In this document: positions 29,374 through 39,439 of the stretch, one piece after another
Layout: each line of letters begins with the position of its first letter
Numbering within the stretch: the stretch's first letter is position 1
Assembly (NCBI GenBank): GCA_963695555.1
Contig: CAVOGR010000005.1
Location: forward strand, 384,001 to 448,000
Direction: 5' to 3'
DNA from: an uncultured Gemmatimonadales bacterium
GTDB taxonomy: Bacteria > Gemmatimonadota > Gemmatimonadetes > Gemmatimonadales > GWC2-71-9
DNA length: 64,000 nucleotides
Position numbers and translations under genes: made by a program
Notes under the pieces: generated by a model
What the model saw: only the letters and a program-made list of their open reading frames with translations
The model's database searches: none
Told to the model about the DNA's origin: nothing

Positions 29374-30714
29374 TTGAGCGATGAGTACAATCCGCTGATC
29401 TCAACCCGTCCTTCACGCCGCAGTCTGCGGCCTGACCCCGGCACGCCGTCGCCATCGACCACGTCGGCGACGGGTGACGCTTCCGGCTCGGCGCCGGAGC
29501 GCCGTGTCGGTGAGACCGAGTTCGTGCTCCTGATGGCCCTGATCAGCGCCCTCACGGCGCTGGCCATCGACATGTTGTTGCCCGGATTCTCCGGCATGCG
29601 GGAGGCGTTCGGCCTGTCGCCCGACGCCACCGATCTCGCCGCCACGATCACGGTCTTCTTCGTCGGCAACGGGATCGGCAACCTGATCTACGGACCGATG
29701 GCCGATGCCTGGGGACGCAAACCGGTGCTGGTCGCATCGCTCGCTCTCTACGGCGCCGCCGCCTTGGCTGCGACGCTCGCCCCGACGTTGACGGTGCTGC
29801 TGGCGGCCCGTTTTGTTTGGGGAGTCGGGGCCGGTGGGCCCCGGGTGCTGACCCAGGCAATTGTTCGTGACCGGTTTTCGGGCGATGCGATGGCCAGGGT
29901 CATGTCGATGATCCAGGCCGCGTTCTTCATCGGCCCGATCGCGGCTCCGCTGCTCGGGGCGGGCCTGGTCGCCGTCGGCTCGTGGCGGTGGGTGATGGCC
30001 TTCGGCGTCGTGAGTGCGCTGACGACCGCCGTCTGGTCCCTTCGGCTGCAGGAGACACTTGCACCGGAACGTCGTCGCCCGCTGACCCCACGGGGAATCA
30101 CCCGCGGGGTGCGGGCCGTTGTCGGCCATCGGACGACGCTGCTGTTCTCGTTGTCGCTCATGTTCCTCTCGGGTGCCTTCTTCTCCTTTCTGTCGAGCAG
30201 TGAGCTGATCTTCGACGACGTGTTCGGCCGCGGCAACTGGTTCGTCACCTACTTCTCTCTGATGGCCGTGTTGCTTGGATGTATGAGCCTCGGCATAAAC
30301 CGGTTGCTCCGCCGTGTGTCGGCCGGTCGGATCACCGTGGTGGCGGGAGCGGGGATGATCGTGTTCTCCGCGGCTCGGGTGGTTCTGGCCGAGCTCACCG
30401 ACGGCATTCCGCCGTTCTGGGTGTGGGTGGTGCTGTTCACCCTGTCGAACTTCTGTGTCGTGGCCATGTTTCCCAGCCTGAACAGCCTGGCTCTGGAACC
30501 CATGGGGGATCTCGCGGGTACCGCGGCATCGGTGATCGGCTTCCTCACCTCGGTGGGAGGTGCCGTGCTGGCCACCGTCACCGACCGCCGTCTCGGAGGG
30601 ACGGTCACCCCGTTGGCGCTCGGCTATCTGCTGTACTCGACGATTGCCTACGGCTGTCAGTTGATGGCGCTGCGCCGCCCGCCGTCAGCCGTCAGCGGAG
30701 TCATCCCGGGTTGA
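29374..30714 (+). CDS. Bcr/CflA-type MFS efflux transporter
   Basis: ALAIDMLLP, YGPMADAWGRKPV, AIVRDRF, GPIAAPLLG, about 12 TM. Confidence 0.92.
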   Translation: MSDEYNPLISTRPSRRSLRPDPGTPSPSTTSATGDASGSAPERRVGETEFVLLMALISALTALAIDMLLPGFSGMREAFGLSPDATDLAATITVFFVGNGIGNLIYGPMADAWGRKPVLVASLALYGAAALAATLAPTLTVLLAARFVWGVGAGGPRVLTQAIVRDRFSGDAMARVMSMIQAAFFIGPIAAPLLGAGLVAVGSWRWVMAFGVVSALTTAVWSLRLQETLAPERRRPLTPRGITRGVRAVVGHRTTLLFSLSLMFLSGAFFSFLSSSELIFDDVFGRGNWFVTYFSLMAVLLGCMSLGINRLLRRVSAGRITVVAGAGMIVFSAARVVLAELTDGIPPFWVWVVLFTLSNFCVVAMFPSLNSLALEPMGDLAGTAASVIGFLTSVGGAVLATVTDRRLGGTVTPLALGYLLYSTIAYGCQLMALRRPPSAVSGVIPG

Positions 30715-31570
30715 ACGCTGTGCCCAGGAGGCACTGGGTGGCCACCGCCACCAGGCCAACCTCGTCGTAGACACGGGTGACGGCCAAGCCGGTGCCGTTC
30801 GGCCCGGGATGGGTGACGGCGTCGAGCAACAGCCAGTCTCCGACGACCGGGGCCACGAACGCCACATCGAGATCGGCGTTGATCAGACCGAACCCTTCGC
30901 TCGGGTCGAAGACGGCGGAGATGCCGGAGCCGACGTCGACCGAGGCCATGATCTGCTGAACGCCGGTCGTCTCGACGTCGTCCACAACGGGGTACCGCAG
31001 GCGAACCCAGTCCGTCGCCGGACCGGCGGCATCGAACGAACCGACGACAAAGCGGTGCTCCAGGCCGTCACGGTGAAACACGGGTTCGTCGGGGCCGGCC
31101 GCCCAGTGTGGAGCCGTCCCGCTTTCCGTTTGGCGCCATTCGGGATGGTTCGGACGCTCCAGCCGCCAAGCCGGCTCGGGCATGTCACCGGTTGCCAGAA
31201 CAAGCGCCGTGGCCCGGGCAACCGGACGAGACCCGTGTCGGAGTTCTGCTTCGACGTGGGCCACACGACGGCTGACCGGTCGGCGCTCAACTGTCGACTC
31301 CAGAGGTTCGAGCGGAATACCGGTAAGGAGATCGACCCGGATTCGGGCCGTCGTTTCCCCGTCGTCGACGGCCTGCTCACAGAGGTGGGCGAGAAGGGCC
31401 GACGGTGGACCGCCGTGCTGGGCGTCGGGCCGCCACGGCCCGGTTGTGATCGGCATCGGATCGAACAACGAATCCGACAGCCGACGATAGAGGCTCTTGG
31501 CCCCGGGAAACTGTCCGCCCGATCCAGCGTTCGCCCCGGACCTGGCCGATCGATCGTCGAAGCTCGTCAT
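30701..31570 (-). CDS. Acyl-CoA thioesterase family (double hotdog) protein
   Basis: GPWRPDAQHGGPPSALL, INADL, GLAVTRVYDEVG. Confidence 0.88.
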   Translation of the reverse strand: MTSFDDRSARSGANAGSGGQFPGAKSLYRRLSDSLFDPMPITTGPWRPDAQHGGPPSALLAHLCEQAVDDGETTARIRVDLLTGIPLEPLESTVERRPVSRRVAHVEAELRHGSRPVARATALVLATGDMPEPAWRLERPNHPEWRQTESGTAPHWAAGPDEPVFHRDGLEHRFVVGSFDAAGPATDWVRLRYPVVDDVETTGVQQIMASVDVGSGISAVFDPSEGFGLINADLDVAFVAPVVGDWLLLDAVTHPGPNGTGLAVTRVYDEVGLVAVATQCLLGTAFNPG

Positions 31571-31728
31571 GCCGGTCAGTCTGCCCGCATCGGTGCGGGT
31601 TCTCCATCGGCCTTGCGCCCCAGCAGCCGGCGCTCTTAAGCGATTTCCGTCCCGACCGATACTACGGGAGTGCTTCGATCCCCGTCATGCGCCTCTTGCG
31701 ACCACCGTCGGACGATGAGGAACCACCG

Positions 31729-32160
31729 ATGACCATGACAACGGCAACCGAATCCATCCGGGTCAACGGCGACGGCGCGATCGTGATGGTCGACGACAGT
31801 TTCGACGACTTCTACATCGCCGATCTGATGTACGCCCGGTGCAATCTCGACAACGAGTTCGTGCGCTGCGAATCAGGCGATGCCCTCATGCAGTACCTCG
31901 ACCAGCTGACCGCAAGCGGCGATTCGCGGCCTGCACTCATCCTCATGGATCTCAACATGCCCGGTCTGGACGGCATCGAGACGACCGCGCTCCTCCGGTC
32001 GAAACCCGAGTTCGAGTCGGTACCGGTGATCGCCATGCTGACGTCCACGGTCGACCGCCGGGATCGTCAGCGAGCGGCGTCGGCCGGCGCAAACGCCTAC
32101 CTATCGAAGCCGCTGAACCCGACCGACTACATCGAGCTGTTCAACTCGTTCGTCGACTGA
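31729..32160 (+). CDS. Single-domain response regulator (Rcp1/CheY-like)
   Basis: VDDS, ILMDLNMPGLDG, MLTST, GANAYLSKP. Confidence 0.92.
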   Translation: MTMTTATESIRVNGDGAIVMVDDSFDDFYIADLMYARCNLDNEFVRCESGDALMQYLDQLTASGDSRPALILMDLNMPGLDGIETTALLRSKPEFESVPVIAMLTSTVDRRDRQRAASAGANAYLSKPLNPTDYIELFNSFVD

Positions 32161-32178
32161 GCGAACCGCCGGCATCGC

Positions 32179-34702
32179 TCATTGCAGCCTGTTCGTCGTG
32201 ATCGGCGGCTTCGGAGGCGGCGGCGCAGCAACCCGCATTACCAAGGGACGCAACTCCCCGACATCCATCGGCCGAGCGAACAGGAATCCCTGCGCCATGT
32301 CGCACGCCGTTGTCTGCAACGCCTTCAACTGTTCCGGACCTTCGATGCCGTCGGCCACAACCCGCATTCCGAGGGCGTGGGCGATCTCGATGACGCCGTG
32401 GACAAACGGCACGTTCTCGCCGCCACCGGCGAGACGGTCGGCCATACGCCGGCCGAGTTTCAACACGTCGATGTCGAGTCTCTGCAGGTAACCGAGCGAG
32501 GCCTGCCCATCGCCGAACCGATCGAGGGCCACGATCGCGCCGGCAGCTCGCATGGTGGCCAGCGCCGCCACGGACCGGTCGAACTGATCGACTAGTACCT
32601 CTTCAGGCCATTCGATCATGAGCCGGCCTCGTGCCTGATCGAGGGCTGGGGAGGCCAGAAGCGTGCCGATCGATTCGTCGAAGATGTGCTGAGGAGCCAA
32701 GTTCACCGATACGAACAGCTTGGGGTCCAGCGGCCAGACGTCGGCCAGCTCCTCGGTCGCTTTCGTCAACACCCACCGGTCGAGCTGGACCATCAAGCCG
32801 GCCCGCTCCACCTCGCCCAGGAACTCCCCCGGCAGGAGGAGGCCACGCCGGGGATGGCGCCAGCGGACGAGCGTTTCGACCCCACAGACACGCCGCTGTG
32901 AGACGTCGATGATCGGCTGAAAGTGCAGTTCCAGCTGGTCTTGGCGAATTGCCGAATCGAGCGAGCCTGCTTTGACTTGCCGTGGTGTGGTCTGCCCGAC
33001 GTCGTGTTTCGCGAACGGAACCTTTGCCCGATTGCTTGGCTCGATACATCGCGGCGTCGGCGTCACGGAGGAGTGATTCGGCGTCGTGATCAGCCCCGCC
33101 ACCAACCAGTCCGACACTGCATCCGATTCTGGCCTGACCATCAGGCAGGGCGATCGGCTCGGCCATTGTGGCCACGATTCGATGGGCGATGACATCCGGT
33201 TGGTCGACGTCGATCAAGAGGACTGCGAACTCGTCGCCGCCAAACCGGGAGACGATATCCTCGGGCCGTACAAGATCGTTGAGCCGCCGGCCCACCTCGA
33301 TGAGTACGGCATCGCCGGCTGCGTGGCCGTACGTGTCGTTCACCGCTTTGAAGCCGTCGAGATCGATGAACAGGAGGGCGTGGTTCTTCGATGAGCGGGC
33401 GGCGAGGTGGAGGGCCTCGGTGAACATCGATCGATTCGGCAGACCGGTGAGCGAATCATGACTGGCCTGGTAGGCAAGCTCCCGTTCGAGCTGTCGCAGA
33501 TCGGTCAGTGCCTGTTCGAGCCGGTCGCTGTGCATCAGGATTGCCGACTGACGGGCTAATGCGCCGAGGACCTGGAGGTCGTTCTCGGAAAACGACGTGA
33601 CCTCCCCGAGCCGGTTCGCGACCACCAACAGACCGAGATCCCGATTCTCGGCACGGAGCTTGGCCACCATGGCATCTCGTCCGCCCAAACCGACGACCAG
33701 GTCGGCGACAACGCCTGTGTCGTCTCGGCCGATGATGGCGGGCTCGTGAAATGCCGACAGCGTTGAGACGACGCGTGCCACCTCTCGGGCCTTGACCAGT
33801 GAAGAGGACTGCTCCCCGGACTTGGTGCTCCGGACGACACGGATGCCGTCGTCTTCCTTCAACACCACTGCGCCGATTTCGGCCCGAAACATCTCCCGGG
33901 CCTCCTGCAACAAGGTGACGAGACCCGCCTCGGAGGCTCCGACGTCCAGTCGCCGAGTGGACCGATAGAGAAACTCGATGCGTTCCCTCTGTTCACGCTC
34001 CGAGGTGATCACTCGGAACGCGGTGAAGAGCAGGAAAACGGGAACCGCCAAGAGCAGGACGGCGAAGATGTCCCTGGCCAGAATGATGCCTGCAGTGAGA
34101 CCGATGGTTGTATTGGTCACGCTGACCACGAGCCCGAACGACAACAGCTCGGAACTCCTCCGCCAGCCAGGGAATCCTTCGGTCAGCATGACGACCAGTA
34201 CGATCAGGGCAAAGCTGGCCGCTGACCCGAGAACGACCGCCATGATCGTCGACAGCCAGATGAGCCGCTCGCCGTCGCCGAAGGGTTCCAACCCGACGAC
34301 CAGCGCGGCCGTCCCGGCAAATATCCCGAGATTTGCCGCATTGAAGGCGACCTTCAGGGCGGGCTGTCGCCTTCCAGCGAGGAGGCCCAAGGCTGTGCCG
34401 CCAATGGTGGCAATCACGACGTGGCCAGGCGCTGTGTAGAGCAAGCCCAGAACAAGAGGAATCTCGAAGAGCGAGAAACTGCTGGCTTCCGCCCGGAACT
34501 GCACGTGGATGACACGCCACTCGACAAAGGCGAATGCGGCCACAAGCCAGATGACGTTGATCTCGACGCCGGCGATTTGCGGCCGACCGCTGCTCAGCAG
34601 TGCCAGGAGGACAAGATCGAGGGTGAGCAAGGCCAGCACGAGGCCGAGAACCCGCTGTGATGGGTTGGTTCCGGCTGAACGTCGGCGGGCTCTCCGGCTC
34701 AC
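32179..34702 (-). CDS. Membrane sensor-GAF-GGDEF-EAL(degenerate) protein; frameshift at ~33020
   Basis: About 7 N-terminal TM helices, GAF-like region, HDSLTGLPNR, FIDLDGFK.VND..GH..GD, RPED...RFGGDEF. EAL part has FQPI, ETLVRW, SVNL, LDRFGDG, ADGIE, QGFLF. Confidence 0.9.
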
Positions 34703-35001
34703 CTTCAGACAATCGGCGGCGCCGGTCCCGAGATGAAATACCGGTCCGAGAAATCATCGATGCCCAGGTTTCTGGGCAGTGTTGCCCAAACATCTCGTGT
34801 CGGCCCGGGGGATTCGAGCTGAGCCTCTGGGCCAGCCGGCTCATCCTTGTTGTTCCGGGTTCAAGTTTTCGAGGTGAGGTGTCGAAAGCTGGTACGTACT
34901 AATCACTGTGACCGAGGCGCTGATCCCCACGGCTGTACTTTGGTCGCTTGGCCGTGGGTGGGAGCCAGTAGCGAAACCGGCGTTCTCTGATCGACTGAGA
35001 G

Positions 35002-36583
35002 ATGAGAACAATGAGTACAGATTGGGTCCGAGTAGAGGGAGTCACCTGGCAGACTTCCAAACGAGACCAGTTGATCGCTCTCGCGGCAGCTTTGGCCTTG
35101 CTGGTTGCGGTGGTGGCGAGCGTCGCTCCAGCTTCTGCCGGCAAACCGGGTGGCAGCAGTTGGACGCCACCTTCGGGGATGTTCGGCTCCGAGGTCGCGT
35201 GGAGGACCGGGGTGGAACCGATGTGGGATCTCGGCTACACCGGCTCCGGGATCGATGTCGCCGTCATCGACACCGGTGTGAACGCCGTCCAAGGTCTCGA
35301 CGGCAGAGACAAGATCATCGACGGACCGGACTTCTCGTTCGACTCCGACGACGCCAACCTCCGCCACCGGGATCTCTACGGCCACGGCACCGCCATGGCC
35401 AGCCTGGTCGCCGGTGCTGCCGGGAAGAACGCCGATCTCGTCGGCGCCAACAACATGGCCTACGGTATGGCACCCAACGCCAGGATCGTCAACGTCAAGG
35501 TCGGCGACGGTGTCGGCGCCGTCGACGTCTCCCAGGTCATCGCCGCCATCGACTGGGTGGTTCAGCACCGCAACGCCAACGGCATGAACGTCCGGGTCAT
35601 GCTGTTGGCCTTCGACACCGACTCCACCCAGGGCTACCTCCTCGACCCGCTGGCCTATGCCGTCGAGAACGCCTGGCATCACGGCATCACCGTCGTGGTC
35701 TCGGCCGGCAATGACGGCAAGTCGGCCCAGACCCTGGGCAACCCGGCCATAGACCCCTACGTGATCGCCGTCGGCGGCGTCGAGCCGGCCAAGGGTAACT
35801 CGTGGAAGGTGCCGGGCTGGGCCTCGTCCGGTGACGGGATCCGCAACCCGGACCTGGCCACCCCGGCTCCCAGATCCTGGCCGCCGCCGTGCCGGGCTCC
35901 TATCTGGTCAACGCCCACCCGGATGCGGTGTTCGACACCCCCGACGGGCCGGTCATCCGAGGCAACGGCACCTCCCAAGCCGCCGCCGTCGCCGCCGGTG
36001 CCGCAGCGACTCTTCTCGAGGCCCGACCGAGCCTCACCCCCGACCAGGTCAAGGCCGCTCTCACCGGGAGCGCCAACGACGTCGGCATCCCCGCCAAGTT
36101 CGCCGGAACGGGCGTCCTCGACCTCCACCCCGCTCTCGACGCCAACGTCGTCGGCGCCACCCAGACCACGCCCGGGCCACGGGCCTCGGCACCCTCGAAG
36201 CCACCCGCGGCAGCTACCACGTCGGTCCGACAGGTGATCAGCTCAGCGGTGAGCTGACAGCGTTCGGCGACACCTGGAACCCCAGCGCCTGGAAGGCCGC
36301 CACCACCCAGGCCGCCGCCTACACAAACTCCACCTTCGACGGTGCGACCTGGAGCACCGGCTCCTGGCTCGGTGGCACCTGGTCCGGCGCAACCTGGTCC
36401 GGGGCAACCTGGAGCGGCGCAACCTGGTCCGGCGCAACCTGGAGCGGCGCCACCTGGTCCGGCGCAACCTGGTCCGGCGCAACCTGGAGCGGGGCCACCT
36501 GGTCCGGCGCAACCTGGTCCGGCGCAACCTGGAGCGGGGCCACCTGGTCCGGCGCAACCTGGAGCGGAAGCAGCTGGAGCTGA
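35002..36583 (+). CDS. Secreted S8 (subtilisin-like) serine peptidase with C-terminal GATWS pentapeptide repeats; frameshifts at ~35865 and ~36175
   Basis: Signal peptide ending ASA. Catalytic VIDTG, HGT and GTSQAA, oxyanion SAGN. Tail is in ORF 35831..36583. Confidence 0.9.
36341..36580 (+). repeat. 15-bp coding tandem repeat, 16 units (12 perfect GATWS at 36386-36565)
   Basis: GG(C/G)GC(A/C)ACCTGG(TCC/AGC). Variation among the 12 core units is purely synonymous. Confidence 0.97.
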
Positions 36584-36654
36584 CCGAAGACGCTCAACCA
36601 GCGAGGAACTCCCTGGAACCAGCCGGATGACACGGTTCCTCAAAACACCGCCAG

Positions 36655-36686
36655 CGCAGCGCCCAGTCCAAACACTGGGCGCTGCG
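36655..36686. terminator. Hairpin between the convergent protease gene and tRNA-Leu
   Basis: CGCAGCGCCCAGT-CCAAAC-ACTGGGCGCTGCG. Confidence 0.65.
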
Positions 36687-36709
36687 TCGCGTCGTCGGTG
36701 AAACAGCGG

Positions 36710-36794
36710 TGCCCGGGGTGGGAGTCGAACCCACACGCCCCCTGAGGAGCCGAGGGGTTTAAGCCCTCTGCGTCTGCCGTTCCGCCACCCGGGC
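36710..36794 (-). tRNA. tRNA-Leu (anticodon TAA)
   Basis: Reverse complement GCCCGGGTGGCGGAACGGCAGACGCAGAGGGCTTAAACCCCTC...GTGGGTTCGACTCCCACCCCGGGCA, with a long variable arm. Confidence 0.95.
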
Positions 36795-36861
36795 GTGGAT
36801 GGCCGGCTACCAGACTAGAACGGCCCGTGGGCGAATGGCCGTCAAAGTCGCCGATTCGACG

Positions 36862-38277
36862 TCAGAGTTGCAGGACGGGAACCTGATGATGATCAAGCCG
36901 GTCGACACCCAACAGGTCGAGCATGGCCGGAGCGAAGTCGAGGTAGTCGACCTGACGATCGGCCGGTTGCTTGAAGCTGGGCGAGTTGGACACGGCCACC
37001 ACCCCTTCGGGGATGTGCCGGCCGCTGGAGTGGTCGTCGACGGCATGGATCTCCAATCCGGCCGTCGCTGCGTCGACCGATCGCCCGTCGAGGACCACGG
37101 TCTCATCGTCGACCACCACCAGGCCGTACGTCAACGTGACCACGTCGTCGACCCGATCGACCCGCCAGCGGTGATGGTCGCCACCGACCTCGGCGAGGCG
37201 GGCCGCCAGCTGTTCGGCCGCTTCGGTCGATCCGCAGGCGAGCGTCAGGTTGGGCGCCATCGAACCGCGGACCGACGGCATCCGATCGACGTCGACGCCG
37301 ACTGCGGCGAGAAACGCCTCCGGATCCACGATCACCACGTCGTGGGTCAGGTCCGACTCGAGTTCGCGACTCGGCCCCTGGCCCATCGACGACACGACAA
37401 CCAGCGTTCGACCGTTCCGTTTGCACCACTCGTCGAGCCGCGTCAGAAAGTGATCCAGCATCTCGACGGCCACCGCAATCTCGTCGCGGTGGCGGGCGAC
37501 CCAGTCGATCGAGTAGTGCTCGGTGCTGAAATCGTCGGGGTACATGGCATACCAGTAGCGATGCATGGCGGCGGCAACGTGGTTCGTGAACATCACCGCC
37601 AGGTCCGGGGCCTCGTCGGTCAGCAGCCGCAGGAACACGTCGGACAGGATCATGAACTGTCCGGACCGGACCCGCTCCCGGGGAACCCGCCCTGCCGCCG
37701 CCTCGGCGGCCAGCCGACCGAGCCGGGCGACCGTCGACCCGCTCAACCCAAGCCCGGCCATCGCCTTCAACGCCGGACCGACCTCGGACCGTACCGACCG
37801 AAGATCCGACTTCCGGCTGTTCGCCTTGGTCAACCGCAGATTGAGTTCCTGGAACGGTCGATACCGGTCGGGACTCGTGTCGGCATCGACGGCGAAGCAG
37901 TCGGGAATGGCGAAGCGGTAGTCACCACTCGAGCACTGGATCGACAGCGGCGACGAATGCAACGTGCTCACGAGCCCGACGGAGCGATCGGAACGGGCCG
38001 CCACCTGCCAGTAGAGGGGGTAGGTGGCCGGTTTCGGATCGCCGTACCACCACACCCGATGGTCCCGCCACGGCACCCCGGTGTTGAGTGAGGCCCAGGT
38101 CTGCGATGGATACATCTCCCTCGGGAGCTGCTCCGACACGACCGTGTCGACGACCTGGTCGTCGTCGAGTAGCTGCCCGATGAACGGCGCTCGACCCATC
38201 GCGGCCACGTCGGTCAGCACCCGGCGTGGAACCTCGTTCACCTCGATGACGACGACCTGGCGATAGTCCATGAGCAT
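36862..38277 (-). CDS. Hypothetical protein, probable alkaline phosphatase/nucleotide pyrophosphatase superfamily
   Basis: IEVNEV, PSQTWASLNTG, FTNHVAAAMHRYW, VVSSMGQ, HIPEG, LDFAPAMLDLLGV. Confidence 0.6.
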   Translation of the reverse strand: MLMDYRQVVVIEVNEVPRRVLTDVAAMGRAPFIGQLLDDDQVVDTVVSEQLPREMYPSQTWASLNTGVPWRDHRVWWYGDPKPATYPLYWQVAARSDRSVGLVSTLHSSPLSIQCSSGDYRFAIPDCFAVDADTSPDRYRPFQELNLRLTKANSRKSDLRSVRSEVGPALKAMAGLGLSGSTVARLGRLAAEAAAGRVPRERVRSGQFMILSDVFLRLLTDEAPDLAVMFTNHVAAAMHRYWYAMYPDDFSTEHYSIDWVARHRDEIAVAVEMLDHFLTRLDEWCKRNGRTLVVVSSMGQGPSRELESDLTHDVVIVDPEAFLAAVGVDVDRMPSVRGSMAPNLTLACGSTEAAEQLAARLAEVGGDHHRWRVDRVDDVVTLTYGLVVVDDETVVLDGRSVDAATAGLEIHAVDDHSSGRHIPEGVVAVSNSPSFKQPADRQVDYLDFAPAMLDLLGVDRLDHHQVPVLQL

Positions 38278-38346
38278 CTATCGACCCGACGTCGCCCGTT
38301 CTGAACGGCGACGGGAACAGGTTCGGCGCAGCGACCGCCGGTTCGT

Positions 38347-38793
38347 CTAGGACCGGAAGCGCTCGACCAGGAACCGGGAGGTCTCGAGGGCGGGCTCGGT
38401 GACCAGGCGAATGAAGATGCTGGCGATTCCGAGCTGGAGGATGATCCCGATCGCCTTGGCCCACGTGAACAGGGCGCCGGGCTCGGTGTCGGCGATGGAC
38501 ATGGCCACGGCCGGCTCGCCTTCCGGCCCGGGACCGTAGCTGCAGAATCCGTCGGTTCGATTGCGCAATGCGAATTGGTTGGAACGCTCGAAATCGAGCA
38601 GGGTTCGTTCGATGTCCTCGCCGTGACGGAGACACAGCTGTTCGGTGACGAGATCGTCGAACGGGGCGACGACCCTGGTACGGGCCAGATTCAACACGAG
38701 CACGGCGAACACGGCGATCAGCGCGACGACCAGCCAGCGAACGATGTCGAACACCCGCCCGGACTGATCGTGTTCGGTTTGCATCGTGGTCAT
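38347..38793 (-). CDS. Hypothetical two-TM membrane protein
   Basis: Two hydrophobic helices flanking a Cys-containing loop. Confidence 0.6.
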   Translation of the reverse strand: MTTMQTEHDQSGRVFDIVRWLVVALIAVFAVLVLNLARTRVVAPFDDLVTEQLCLRHGEDIERTLLDFERSNQFALRNRTDGFCSYGPGPEGEPAVAMSIADTEPGALFTWAKAIGIILQLGIASIFIRLVTEPALETSRFLVERFRS

Positions 38794-38940
38794 GGATTCC
38801 TCGCCGGTTGTCCCGAGGTCGCCGGCGCGCCGCCGGCTACGAGACCGCGGCGACACCTGCGTGAATCATGATACGACCCGAATCCGAACTCGTGTGTGCA
38901 GCAGCCGTTGAGTGGAACGAATCCGAAAGGATCGCCTCCT

Positions 38941-39393
38941 TCAGGCGGCCCGCCGGGTGGCCGAGTGGTCGGCAGGACCGGTTGGACCGAACCCCGGGGC
39001 ACCACCGGGCCCGCCGGCCTCTTGCGATGGTGGTGCGGCGATGAAAACATCCCCGGCGGCCCGCCACAGGGCGTCGCGAGCCGAAGCGTCGATCGAGCCG
39101 TTCTTCGCGGCCCGGATGATCCCTTCGATCATGTCGGCCGTGACCGACACGGCGGGCCTGCCCCGGTAGCGGACGGCGACGGTCGCCGATCCGTCGGCGT
39201 TTCGACGAATGGCCCGCCCGACTCCGACGCGACCGGGGCTGCGGAACGTGATGCCGGCGACGCCGAAACCGGCGGCGGCGGCGATCAGAGCCCGCGCCAG
39301 ACGGGCGAACCCGATCGACGTCAGCTCCGCCTCCAGACCCGTTGACGGGGTCGACGACGACGGGCGAGCCTGCTGCTCCTGCCTGAACTCCAC
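38941..39393 (-). CDS. Hypothetical protein
   Basis: Protein-like core (FRSPGRVGVGRAIRR...VAVRYRGRP...ADMIEGIIRA). Confidence 0.55.
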   Translation of the reverse strand: MEFRQEQQARPSSSTPSTGLEAELTSIGFARLARALIAAAAGFGVAGITFRSPGRVGVGRAIRRNADGSATVAVRYRGRPAVSVTADMIEGIIRAAKNGSIDASARDALWRAAGDVFIAAPPSQEAGGPGGAPGFGPTGPADHSATRRAA

Positions 39394-39439
39394 GCTTCCA
39401 TTATGACCAAGGCCTGTGACACCGAACGCCGGAAGGGCG

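Noticed and set aside
34702..35002. c-di-GMP riboswitch in the divergent intergenic region
   Set aside because: I could not recognise the consensus. An Rfam/Infernal scan would be needed.
36341..36580. Possible CRISPR array or collagen-like ORF (36342..36701, PGPAQ repeats)
   Set aside because: The units are contiguous 15-mers without spacers, and variation is synonymous only in the GATWS frame.
29000..36710. Genomic island integrated at tRNA-Leu carrying the protease/GGDEF pair
   Set aside because: I found no duplicated tRNA-Leu 3' end and no integrase by eye.
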